DNA from: Eledone cirrhosa
Taxonomy: Eukaryota
Direction: 5' to 3'
DNA: 64,000 nt
NCBI GenBank assembly: GCA_964016885.1
Contig: OZ024765.1
Location: 13,702,001 to 13,766,000, forward strand
Position 1 is the first letter of the stretch. The number at the start of each line of letters is the position of its first letter. Shown here one piece after another: positions 39,117 to 50,089 of the stretch. A program made the translations under genes and the position numbers. Under the pieces are notes generated by a model, which saw nothing but the letters and a program-made list of their open reading frames with translations, made no database searches and was not told the DNA's origin.

Positions 39117-41246
39117 TATGAAGACGGGTAAGGCGGCTGGGCCTTCAGAAATAGTTGCTGAGATGCTGAAGGCATCTGGTTCGGTGGGACACACCATGGT
39201 CACCCGGATAGTTAACCAAGTCGTACAGAATGGGGTTGTTCCGAAGGAATGGCGTAGCAGCATCATCGTTAACTGCTATAAGGGGAAAGGAGATGCCCTA
39301 GATAGGAGTAACTATAGAGGCATTAAATTAATCGACCAGGTCATGAAGGTCACGGAAAAAGTAATAGCGCAACTAATCAGAGAGGGAATTGATCTAGATG
39401 AAATGCAGTTCGGGTTTGTGTCAGGCAAAAGTACCACAGACGCTCTTTTCATTGTACGACAACTACAGGAGAAGTACCTAGCTAAAAGTAAACCCCTATA
39501 CTTAGCTTTTGTCGACTTGGAGAAAGCCTTCGACAGAGTCCCCCGTTCCATTATCTGGTGGTCTCTTAGAAAACTAGGTGTTGACGAATGGCTTGTGAGA
39601 GCTATACAAGCCATGTATAAAGAAACAGTCAGTAAGGTTAGAATTAACAACGAATATAGTGAAGAGTTTAGCGTAAAAGTTGGTGTCCATCAGGGCTCTG
39701 TACTTAGCCCCCTACTATTTATTATTGCCCTTCAGGCTATAACAGAGGAGTTCAAGACCGGCTGCCCATGGGAACTCCTATACGCAGATGATTTAACGCT
39801 CATAGCTGAATCAATGACCGAACTAGAGAAGAAATTCCAAACGTGGAAGCACGGCCTAGAATCAAAAGGCCTTAAAATTAACCTGGCTAAGACTAAAGTT
39901 CTAGTTTGTAGGAAAGAAAATAAGGCGGAGGTCCCATCGGGGAAATGGCCATGCTCAGTGTGTAGGAAAGGCGTAGGTAGAAACTCCATTTTATGTCCCA
40001 AATGCAAAGTATGGGTGCATAAAAGATGTAGTGGGATCACAGGTAAGCTAACTAAGAACATAGATTTTACATGTGGCCGGTGCTCTGGTGCAATAAGTAG
40101 CAGCAAGTGCCCACAAAATACTAGCTCCTTCAACTGCGCAGAGGGTTCTATAGAAATAGTGGACAGCTTCCGTTATCTGGGTGACAAAATCAGCAGTGGG
40201 GGAGGGTGCTCTGAAAGTACAGTAGCTAGAGTCAGAACTGGATGGAAAAAGTTCAGAGAGCTTATACCACTATTAGCCGCTAGAGGGTTCTCCCTAAAAA
40301 TGAAAGGCAGGTTATACGATGCCTGCATACGAACAGCAATGCTGCATAGCAGTGAGACCTGGGCATTGTGTGCAGAGGATATACGCAGACTAGAGAGGAA
40401 CGAAGCTTGCATGCTCCGCTGGATGTGCAATAGTAATATACCCGAACGGCAAAGCATAAACGAACTAAGGAAAAAATTAGAAATAAGAGGGATCAGATGT
40501 TGTTTACTCGAGAGAAGGCTACGTTGGTACGGTCACGTGATGCGCATGAAAGACGACAGCTGTATAACAAAGTGCAGGGCAATAAAGATAGACGGTAGCC
40601 ACGGAGTAGGCAGACCCAGAAAAACATGGGACGAGCTGATAAATTCCGACCTCACACGCTTACACCTCTCCAAGACAATGTCACTGGACCGAGACCTTTG
40701 GCGGTACTCAGTAATAGAGAAGACCCGCCTTACCTAAATACAAAGTAAAAACCTACTACAGTCAGTAGGCACCTCTATCAAAACACACCCCCGTCCCACC
40801 ACCTCCACCCCACCCACACCGCCCCTTTCAATGTAAAGTTATGTTGGTCCCACAACATCCAGGCCGAAACAAATGAGATCGTGTAGGTGTCACGACAAAA
40901 AACACACAGTCCACGCTGTAAATGTGGCCGTGTAGGCAACACGGTAAAAACCTCCCAGCCCCACACTGTAAATGTAGTTGGTGTTAGGAAGGGCATCCAG
41001 CTGTAGAAAACCCGCCAGACAGTCCACGCTGTAATGTGGCCGTGTAGGCAACACGGTAAAAACCTCCCAGCCCCACACTGTAAATGTGGTTGGTGTTAGG
41101 AAGGGCATCCAACTGTAGAAAACCCGCCAGACAGTCCTATGCGAGCAAGACAACCACTCTTGCCTCAAGTGGGAAAACCCCCGTCCAAACCCATGCAAGC
41201 GTGGAACACGGACGCTAAACCTGATGATGATGATGATGATGATGAT
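39116..41246 (+). mobile_element. 5'-truncated RTE LINE with complete 3'UTR and (GAT)n tail, inserted in (TA)n
   Basis: The ORF above, a ~490-bp 3'UTR containing diverged ~48-bp subrepeats, and a (gat)n tail at 41223-41246. Confidence 0.9.
39118..40737 (+). CDS. RTE-clade LINE reverse transcriptase ORF (5'-truncated, otherwise uninterrupted) with embedded PHD-like finger
   Basis: [75 protein letters not shown]. The upstream in-frame (TA)n part of the track ORF is artefact. Confidence 0.9.
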   Translation: MKTGKAAGPSEIVAEMLKASGSVGHTMVTRIVNQVVQNGVVPKEWRSSIIVNCYKGKGDALDRSNYRGIKLIDQVMKVTEKVIAQLIREGIDLDEMQFGFVSGKSTTDALFIVRQLQEKYLAKSKPLYLAFVDLEKAFDRVPRSIIWWSLRKLGVDEWLVRAIQAMYKETVSKVRINNEYSEEFSVKVGVHQGSVLSPLLFIIALQAITEEFKTGCPWELLYADDLTLIAESMTELEKKFQTWKHGLESKGLKINLAKTKVLVCRKENKAEVPSGKWPCSVCRKGVGRNSILCPKCKVWVHKRCSGITGKLTKNIDFTCGRCSGAISSSKCPQNTSSFNCAEGSIEIVDSFRYLGDKISSGGGCSESTVARVRTGWKKFRELIPLLAARGFSLKMKGRLYDACIRTAMLHSSETWALCAEDIRRLERNEACMLRWMCNSNIPERQSINELRKKLEIRGIRCCLLERRLRWYGHVMRMKDDSCITKCRAIKIDGSHGVGRPRKTWDELINSDLTRLHLSKTMSLDRDLWRYSVIEKTRLT

Positions 41247-41299
41247 GTGTGTGTGTACATATATAACATATATATATATGTACATATATATATATACAT

Positions 41300-42133
41300 A
41301 TGAAGGTGGGTGTTCAGAAAATACAATAACTAGGGTAAGAACGGGATGGAAGAAGTTTAGGGAACTACTACCACTGCTAGCTGCAAAAGGCTTCTCCCTC
41401 AGAATGAAAGGCAGACTGTATGATGCGTGTATCCGAACAGCGATGTTGCATGGTAGTGAGACCTGAGCGCTGAAGGTGGAAGACTTACGTAGATTAGAGA
41501 GAAACGAAGCCTGCATGCTCCAATGGATGTGTAACAGTAATATACGTGAACGACAAAGCATAAATGAATTGAAAGAGAGACTGAGCATAAGAGGAATCAA
41601 ATGCTGTGTGCAGGAGAGGTGGTTGCGCTGGTATGGACATGTAATGCGTATGAAGGATGACAGCTGCATAAAAAGGTGCAGAGCACTAGAAGTCGATGGA
41701 AACCACGGAGTGGGGAGACCCAAGATGACCTGGGATGAGGTGATAAAAGGCGACCTTACCCAATTACACCTTTCAAAGGCAATGGCACACGACCGTGACC
41801 TCTGGCGTCACGCAGTAATACAGAGTACCCGACCTCCCATGGGTACAAGCTGAAGCATATAGACAATATGCTCCCACACCCCCCACTGCAAGGTGGTCGT
41901 GGAGGTGCCATGGCAAAAAAGCACCCAGCCCTCACTGTAAAGTGGACGTGTAGGCGCCACGAAAAAGCACCCAGCACTCACTGTAAATGAGGTTGGTGTT
42001 AGGAAGGGCATCCAGCTGTAGAAATCAAGCCAAATCAGTTCCTGTATGAGCAAGGTATGGTCAGCCGACCAGACACTGCCCACAACAGGACAACCCGTCT
42101 AACCCATGCTAGCGTGGGAGAACGGATGATGAT
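41300..42133 (+). mobile_element. Second RTE LINE 3' fragment (related subfamily), with premature stop, 3'UTR and (GAT)n tail
   Basis: [32 protein letters not shown] (TGA at 41464)..[17 protein letters not shown]; tail gatgatgat at 42125-42133. Confidence 0.9.
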
Positions 42134-43960
42134 CTCATCTAGTTTGACCCTTTCTCTAATTAGTTGTGCTAATATCCTTTCTGCCACTTTCATAACCTGA
42201 TCCATCAGTTTTATACCCCTATAATTGCTCCTCTCCAGAGCATCCCCTTTACCTTTGTAGCAATTTATGAGAATATTGCTGCACCAGTCTTTGGGTATGA
42301 CACCACCATATATGGCCTGATTGATGATGCGTGCAACCAGTTTAGTGCCTACGTCCCCTGATGCCTTCAGCATCTCAGCAACTATTCCCGATGGTCCAGC
42401 AGCCTTACCATTTTTCATTTCCTTAATCGCCTCTTGGACCCTATATTCGTCAATCTCAATAGCTGGTCCCTCTGTCGGATCTACTAAGGATAATTTCTCT
42501 CTCTCCCATTCGTTCTCCACATTCATCAGTCTCTCATAACGACATTTCCAGGTCTCCTTTTTCTGACCATTCGTGACACTAAGTACACCGGCATCATCCC
42601 GGACACATTTATCTCCAACAACATCCTGATTTGCATTGACACACTGCCTTGCAATGTGGAACACCGCACGACTCTGATCTTCCCGTCGCAGAACATTGGC
42701 AAACCTCCTACTCTCCGCCTCCCTGCATGCTAAGTACACCTGACGTCTAGCTTCTCTCTTAGTGGCTGTATATTCTTCCCTACTCCCACCCTTTTTCCAA
42801 GCCTTCCATGCTAGTCTTTTGTCTCTAATGGCCTTATCTATTGTGCTGTTCCACCACCAGGTCACTCTCTGTCTGGTTGGAGCTCTGCTCCAGACACAAG
42901 TTTCATCAGTAGCCTGCAGCAAGTTGTCACGTAATAAATTCCAGTTATTATCTATGCCATACGTCTCTAAATCATCTTCTTTTTCGTCATATACATCTTG
43001 AAGGGCTTTCCTAAATTTGTATTTTAGTGAAAGGTCTTTTAGCTTCCAGACCTTTCTTCTCCACACCTTCCTGTATGTCTCATTCCATCTCTTGCTTACT
43101 GAGATATCACTAACGACTAACCTATGCTGTGGGGTACATTCTTCCCCAGGGTATGCCTTGGTATTAGACACTATCTGCCTGTCCTGCTGCCTAACTAGTA
43201 AGAAGTCAATCTGGCTTATGTGCTCACCAGATTTGTAGGTTATAAGGTGATTGGCAGGTTTCTGGAAGTTTGTGTTGCAAATAGTCAATGTACCTACATC
43301 ACAAAATTCAAGAAGTCTCACTCCTTCTTCATTTCTTGAGCCGTAACTGTGCCCACCATGTACCCCAGTATAACCATCCTGGAGCTGTCCAACATGACCA
43401 TTGAAGTCTCCTGCTAGCATAACGATGTCTCCGTCCTCTGTCATTGCGGTTGTTTGTAAAAGTTGCTCGTAAAAGCAGTCTTTCTCATCTTTGCCTAGGC
43501 CGAGATGATTGTCAGTAGTCTCCTGCCTACAACTAATCTAAGCTTAATTATTCGATTACTAACTCGAACTACCTCTATTGTCTTATTGATCCATTTCTCA
43601 GCCAGGAAAATGCCTACTCCCCCTAACCCATCATCCTTACCTACCCAGAATAGCTTATAGCTAAGACATTTGCCTACGAGTAGTCTCGCAGAGGCACCTC
43701 TCCATCTCACCTCTTGCACGCAGCACACATCCACATGCCTTCTCTCCAGCATCTCTGCTATTTCAGCAGATCTACCTCTGAGAGTGCCAACATTAAGTGT
43801 TGCAACTCTGAGATGCGACGTCTTCATATCTGAGGTGCGACGCCTTCCTAACACCAGCGCCACTTTACAGCATGGACTGGGTGCTTTTATTTGTGCCACC
43901 AGCACTAGAGAGGATGTCTTACTAGACTCAAGGGCCCTCTCTACCTCTCCATTTTACAGC
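42134..43960 (-). mobile_element. 5' part of an RTE LINE (APE endonuclease, linker, start of RT), frameshifted and 3'-truncated
   Basis: [65 protein letters not shown]. Break/stop near 43495. Ends at ERVKLDE, where the + strand element's tail abuts. Confidence 0.9.
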
Positions 43961-44074
43961 ATGGTCATAAAAAAAACAAACAAAAAAAAAAAACCACTTG
44001 TTGACACGACACACACACACACTCACACACCAACACTCATGCATACAAACCACAAACACACACACCACTCACAA

Positions 44075-44110
<36 letters not shown>

Positions 44111-45234
44111 TACCGGCAGTACTGATACAAAATCAAAATCATGTCAACTGTTGACTTTTCCCAGTCCAGTTCAGTTTTTATATAATAATAATAATAATTG
44201 TTTGCTTTACGCTGGTAATGATGGTGGTGGTGGTGAATGGTGGTGGATGGTGTCAGTATGGTGGTGGTGGTGGATGGTCAGTGATGGTGGTGGCAGTTGT
44301 TGTTGCTGTAGTTGTTATTGTAGTTGCTGCTGCTGTTGCTGTTGTTGTTGTTGATGTTGTTGTTGTTGCTGCTGCTGCTGCCGTTGTTGTTGTTCTTCAT
44401 TTCACTGATGCTGCAGACAATGGTGTTGATGCTGTTATTGTAGTCGCATATATATAAATACATACATACACACACAGACAATGGTGTTGTTGCTGTTGTT
44501 GTTGTTGTTGTTGGTGTCGCTGCTGTTGTTGTTGTAGTTGTAGTTGTCGCATCCACTGAGATATACATATACACACACATATATATATGTATATACACAT
44601 ACATACATCAAAAGAGTTATCAGTATGTCAACAGTCAACAGGTCAGCCACCTTAGATAGAGTAATGAGTTATGTGGTGATGGTGGGGAGCGAGTGTAGCC
44701 GTTATTGTTATTGTGGTGGCGGGGGTCAGTGAGATGTACAAGTTCATAGTTCACTTGTCTCTTTTCCTTTCTCTTCAAAATTTTGAATTTATGGCCTTTT
44801 GCAATGGCTGACAAGTAAGCGTAAAATGTAAATTCTAAATAGAGATTGCTCTGGAAGAATATATTGAATATTTCTGTAGCTTTCACAGTTTTTCTCAGAA
44901 CGTTTCCCGGCTTCCAATGAGTGAAAATTATTGTTGTATTTTGGTCTTTCAGAATACGAAAATTAATAAAAACTTACCCCCACGAAAAACCGTAGTTGTC
45001 CTATCTATGAGCTCTGTAGATATATATATATATATAATTATATCTCATAAAATATATATATATATATATAATTATATCTCATAAAATAATACAACTGGCT
45101 TTCCACAAAATACATATAGTTAGCACCCCAAACACTTAAATTGGCTTATACTAACATATAACCTTATGTTTGTTGAGTGAGATGGTTACCAGTCGGAGTT
45201 TAGCGTTAAGCTATCTCTGTTATTGTATTAAATA

Positions 45235-45292
<58 letters not shown>

Positions 45293-45330
45293 TATATATA
45301 TATATATATGTGTTCATATATATATATATA

Positions 45331-45409
<79 letters not shown>

Positions 45410-45574
45410 CTACATATATATATATCTATATATATATATCTACACATATATATATATATACATACATATATATATATCTACACATATATATATATATATC
45501 TACACATATATATATATATCTACACATATATATATATGTACACATATATATATATATGTACGCATATATATATG

Positions 45575-45820
45575 TGAGGTTAACTTTGCCTTTCATCCTT
45601 ACAGGGTTGATAAAATAAAGTACCAGTTATGTACTGGGGTCGATTTTATCGACCTGCTCCTCCCACAAAAAATTATTATAGCTTTCAGCTTTGCAGCACA
45701 TAGTTATAGCCCTTTACGTTCTGATTTCAAATACTACCAAGATCAGCTTCGCCTTTCATCCTTACAGGATTGATAAAATAAAGTACCAGTAATACACTGG
45801 TGTTGATTTAATTGACTTTC
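45575..45820 (+). mobile_element. Two truncated family A SINEs
   Basis: gcctttcatccttacagg.ttgataaaataaagtaccagt occurs twice. Confidence 0.75.
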
Positions 45821-46639
45821 TTTTTCCTGTGGTAAGAGTGTTGTAAATCCAATACCTTTACCATTGGAGTAATGTGAAATGAAGTGATTTGCTCAAGAAC
45901 ACAACACACAACCCAGGAATTGAACCCACAACATCATGATCCTAAGTCCAACACCTTTACCACTGGAGCAATGTGAAATTTATTGTTTTTGCTGAAGAAC
46001 ACAACACACAACCCAATCCAGGAATCGAACCCATGACATCATGATCGTAAGTCCAACACCACAGATGTGATACAAGACCAATAATACTAGAGAAACTGAG
46101 CCAAGAACAATGGAGACAAGTAGATAGAGATTTCAAAACATTTTTCTACTTTGCAAGATCTTATCATAAAATCCTTCATACGTAAGAGATATTTACTTTG
46201 CTGTGATTGTCTCTCAGCCATTGATTATAGAAGTCCTACTCTTCTATGAATCCAACCTAAGTCCGTTCTCTGTTCATTACTCATCTTGCTAATCAGTTCT
46301 TGAATAAACAAGTCATAGACGAAGTTCTCCTGTTGACTCCCTCATTGGCAGAAATTAAATTAAAAAATTCTTTTAGGCTTTTTTTTTTCTTGAATAAAGC
46401 AAATTTTGACATTTGATACAAAACTGGCTGAAACAGCCTCCTGGTTTAATGGTAAAAAGTTGTTTATTTTAAAGTGTTTATATTTATCTAAAGAAAAAAA
46501 ACCCCCAAAAAACATCCATCTTGATTTTATGTAAAAACGTTAGCTATGTTAAAAAAAAATCTGTCCAAATTCTTTGCAAGGTATTACATATACCTGCAGA
46601 TATATTTAAATGAAATGAAGAGAAACTATGTATGTATAT

Positions 46640-47055
46640 CATCATTTTACGTCCGCTTTTCTCTGCTTGCAAGGTGGGACAGGTCCTATTCAGCACAGCA
46701 TCTCTCCATTCGTCATGGTCCTTTGTCATCTCTTCTGCGAGCTTCAGCGATCTGAGGTCTGCTCTCACCACCTCCGCCCATGTTTTTCATGGTCTTCCTC
46801 TACCACGTCTTCCTTCAACTGGCATTTCTTGGCACTTTTTACCCAGCAGTCATTCTCCATGCACATCACATGTCCATACCAACGCAGTCTTCTCTCCCGC
46901 ACACTACAACTTATCCCTCTAATACACAGCTTCTCTCTCAACTTATCCATGCTTGGTCGTTCATGTACATTGACATTGCACATCCAACGCAGCATGCTTG
47001 CCTCATTTCTCTCCAGCCGTCACATATCCTCTGCAGTTGCTGCCCATGTCTCACT
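46640..47055 (-). mobile_element. Degenerate RTE LINE 3' end
   Basis: [25 protein letters not shown], followed by the (GAT) tail. Confidence 0.85.
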
Positions 47056-47199
47056 ATATATATAAATAGGATAAAGGCCCATAAATTTCTGTGGAGTCGT
47101 AGAGGCACCGTCATATGGTGTGTCTAGGACATTTTTAAATCTGGCGGAGTCCAACCCTATACAGGTCTGAACACAGCTGATTTTTTTCTATAGAGGAAG

Positions 47200-47360
47200 A
47201 ATCCACCCCAGTACTGGACTGGTACTTTTTTTATCGACCTTGAAAGAATGACAGGCAAAGTTGACCTTGGCGGGATTTGAACTCAGGGTGTGTAATGAGG
47301 TGGGACGAATACTGTAAAGCATTCTATCTGACATCTTAACAACTTTGCTTATTTTCCGCC
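47200..47360 (-). mobile_element. Family A-related SINE
   Basis: ggtactttt.tatcgacc..aaagttgaccttggcgggatttgaactcag. Confidence 0.75.
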
Positions 47361-47373
47361 ATATATATATATC

Positions 47374-47712
47374 ACATGGCTTAGTGGTTAGAGCATTGGC
47401 CTTGCAATCGAAAGGTTGTGAGTTCAATTCTCAGACTGGGTGATGTGCTGTTTCCTTGAGCAAGACACTTTATTTCACATTGCTCCAGTTTACTCAGCTG
47501 TAGAAATGAGATGATAGGGACAGGGGTCCCTATCATTCCACTGCAAAGTGGTCGTGGAGGTGCCACGGCAAAAAAAGCACCCAGCACTTACTGTAAATGA
47601 GGTTGGTGTTAGGAAGGGCATCCAGCTGTAGAAATCAAGCCAGAATCAGTTCCCGTCCCACCCTTGCAAGCAGGGAAAAGTGGACGTAAAATGATGATGA
47701 TGATGATGATGA
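47374..47712 (+). mobile_element. tRNA-derived SINE, family B (tRNA head, conserved core, RTE 3' tail, (GAT)n)
   Basis: A box tggcttagtgg, B box gagttcaattc, core ccttgagcaagacacttt, hairpin tgatagggac-aggg-gtccctatca. The 3' half matches the RTE 3'UTR at 41883-42030. Confidence 0.9.
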
Positions 47713-48299
47713 TATCAGCTCTCAAACCAGCAAAATGGTTTCGCATGATTTAATTCTATATTTCATCAGCCTGTCATCCACCTTGTGGATTGTCCCTCTG
47801 TTGACCAGTGGCCACTGGTCTCTGTCCTCTGAAGCACTTTTGCCCAATGCTGTCTTTGACAGCATTTAGCAATTTTAACGGCTGTTCTAGCGATGAATTT
47901 TCTCGTTTTGTATCTATTCAAATACCCTCTTGCTTTGTCTTGATCAGAGACAACATTGTGTTTTTATTTAAATTGATTTACTTATTATTGATTAACTGAT
48001 CAGTTGCTTAATTAACTAACATTGCCCTACAGACAAAAGCTCCAATCTTGGCATGCTAATTGTCCATTTATTTGGAGGTAATTATCATTTTTCCTTCAGA
48101 CCTAGAAACAGCTGTCTAGGTGAACCGTTGAACAAAGTATTGCTAATGTAAAGTAAGTGATATTTCCTTGTTCTAACTGATTGTATGCTTTAAATACTTT
48201 TGTTTCTGTATATAAGATGTCTAATTTGCTGTACCAATAATAATAATAATAACTTCTCTGCTTCATCAGCTTCAGAAATGTTAGCACCTTTGTATTGAG

Positions 48300-49635
48300 G
48301 GGTTATCTGGTTTCGGCGAAGGTGTTTGTGCTTACCCAGAAGTGGCAAACACTTTCATCCATCATCAACTGCCACTTGATGGTCATGCCTTGTCCCCATA
48401 ATCATCTCGTCAAAATGGAGCAACTATTCTTCAAGTTTTTTATGGAAGGGGGAGGTTCCACTGGTGAGGAGATTCATTTGCTGTCTACAGCCTTCACACG
48501 TGGGGCTGGGCATGCCGTGTGATTGATGATCTACAAACACGCACTAAGGCTACATCATCTCCAAGTTTTGACCGGTGAACAGGTGTGGTCGTTGTTCATG
48601 AGACAAGCTTTTCCACAGCTCATCTCAGTAACTGAGCTGCTGTCCTGGCTTAAGTGAAGACCAAAAATGGGCACCTGGTAACTAGAATGTGCTCAGCCAC
48701 TCACCGTCCTCTACCAGGTGGACATGGAATTCAGTGGAAATTCCACATTAACATTCTATAAGGGATTAGTGGAGGATAAGTGTGATGACATTCTCTGGGA
48801 AACTCTGGGTGTCTACCAGGACAAATTGGCCAGTGTATTCTGAAGGACTTTTGGTCCAGGGTCCATGGATAACTTCCAGAGGTCTCTGGCCTGGCAGTGC
48901 TCCTGAGAAACTCTACCAATTCGAAACAAGATCTACAGGCATGGACACCCTAGCAGGGATCCTGCCAGAAGAACCTGTCCAAGATGCAAGCAGAACATCA
49001 AAAACTTTCTGCACACCATTATTCAGTGCCCAGGAGTGACCGACCTGTGGAACTATGTCGAGCAGTTAATGTCACATGTAGGATGAATCCAGTTGTCAGC
49101 CGATTCCATTGTGAGGATTACGCCGCCACCTTCATTTTACACTGAAGGAGAAGTGGTTTTCCTCTGTCTTCTGGCTATGGTGAAAGAAATAATATGGTGG
49201 ACTAGATTGAAAGAACTGAGGGCAAACACCTTCCTCTCCAGACAACAACTCATCCCCTTCTTTAAATACCACTTCAGAAGAAAGATGAGAGTGGAGATAG
49301 AGGTGCTACACCCCAGTAAATTCACTGAAAGGTGGGTGAATGTGGTGAAAATAACCCGAGTGATTGAGCCTTCTCTGTATATAAACCTATAGGTTGAAGA
49401 CTAAACAGAGAAGACAAGGAGCACTTACAAAACATGCTCCTGGTGTTGAGGGTTGTTCTATCTACGGGGTGCAATACAAGCCTTCAGTAACGTTCCCCCC
49501 ATTTTGGGGATTTCGATTGTTTATTTCAATTTTAAACTGTTAAATTTGTTTACATACTTACATGTAAAACCCTGCAGTCAAATTTTGTAATGTCCCATTT
49601 CTTGTGTGCCCTTGTGGCAAATAAAGAAATATGTC
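48300..49635 (+). mobile_element. Degenerate Tx1-clade LINE 3' fragment
   Basis: Frameshifted homolog of 51570-52920 (AKVFVLTQKW, IWWTRL, HPSKFTERWVNV); ends aataaagaaatatgtctat. Confidence 0.85.
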
Positions 49636-49667
49636 TATGTGTCTATCTATCTACCTACATATCTATC

Positions 49668-49890
49668 AAGGAAGAAAGGAGCACTTGCAAAACACGCTCC
49701 TGGAGTTGAGGTTTGTTCTATCTTCGGGGTATTAAACAACCCATTTGGCGCCTCCCCCCTATTGGGGATTTCGATTGTTAAATTTGTTTGTTTCAATATT
49801 TTTATACGACTGTATGTAAAATCCCCGGCATGTGTCTTTATATTGTCCCCTTTTCTTGTGCGCCCTTGTGGCAAATAAAGAAATATATCT
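49668..49890 (+). mobile_element. Tx1-clade LINE 3'UTR-only copy
   Basis: aaggaagaaaggagcacttgc...gcccttgtggcaaataaagaaatatatctatc matches 52714-52925. Confidence 0.85.
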
Positions 49891-50089
49891 ATCTATCTAT
49901 CTACCTACATATCTATATATCTACCTACCTTCATATCTATATATCAATTTAACTCTATATCTGTCTACCTACCTACTTAGTTACCTATATAACTATCTAT
50001 CTACATACCTACATATATATATATATATATAGTTATCTATCTACCTACCTTCTTATCTCTCTATTTAACTATCTATCTGTCTACCTCAT

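Noticed and set aside
44860-44915. Heat-shock element-like GAA/TTC motifs
   Set aside because: Spacing does not fit nGAAnnTTCn arrays.
46085-46350. Short open frames in unique sequence on both strands
   Set aside because: Under 45 codons, with no recognisable motif and no convincing splice-site pair.
47374-47450. tRNA gene
   Set aside because: A and B boxes are present but run into a SINE body with an RTE tail; no complete cloverleaf; multiple degenerate copies.
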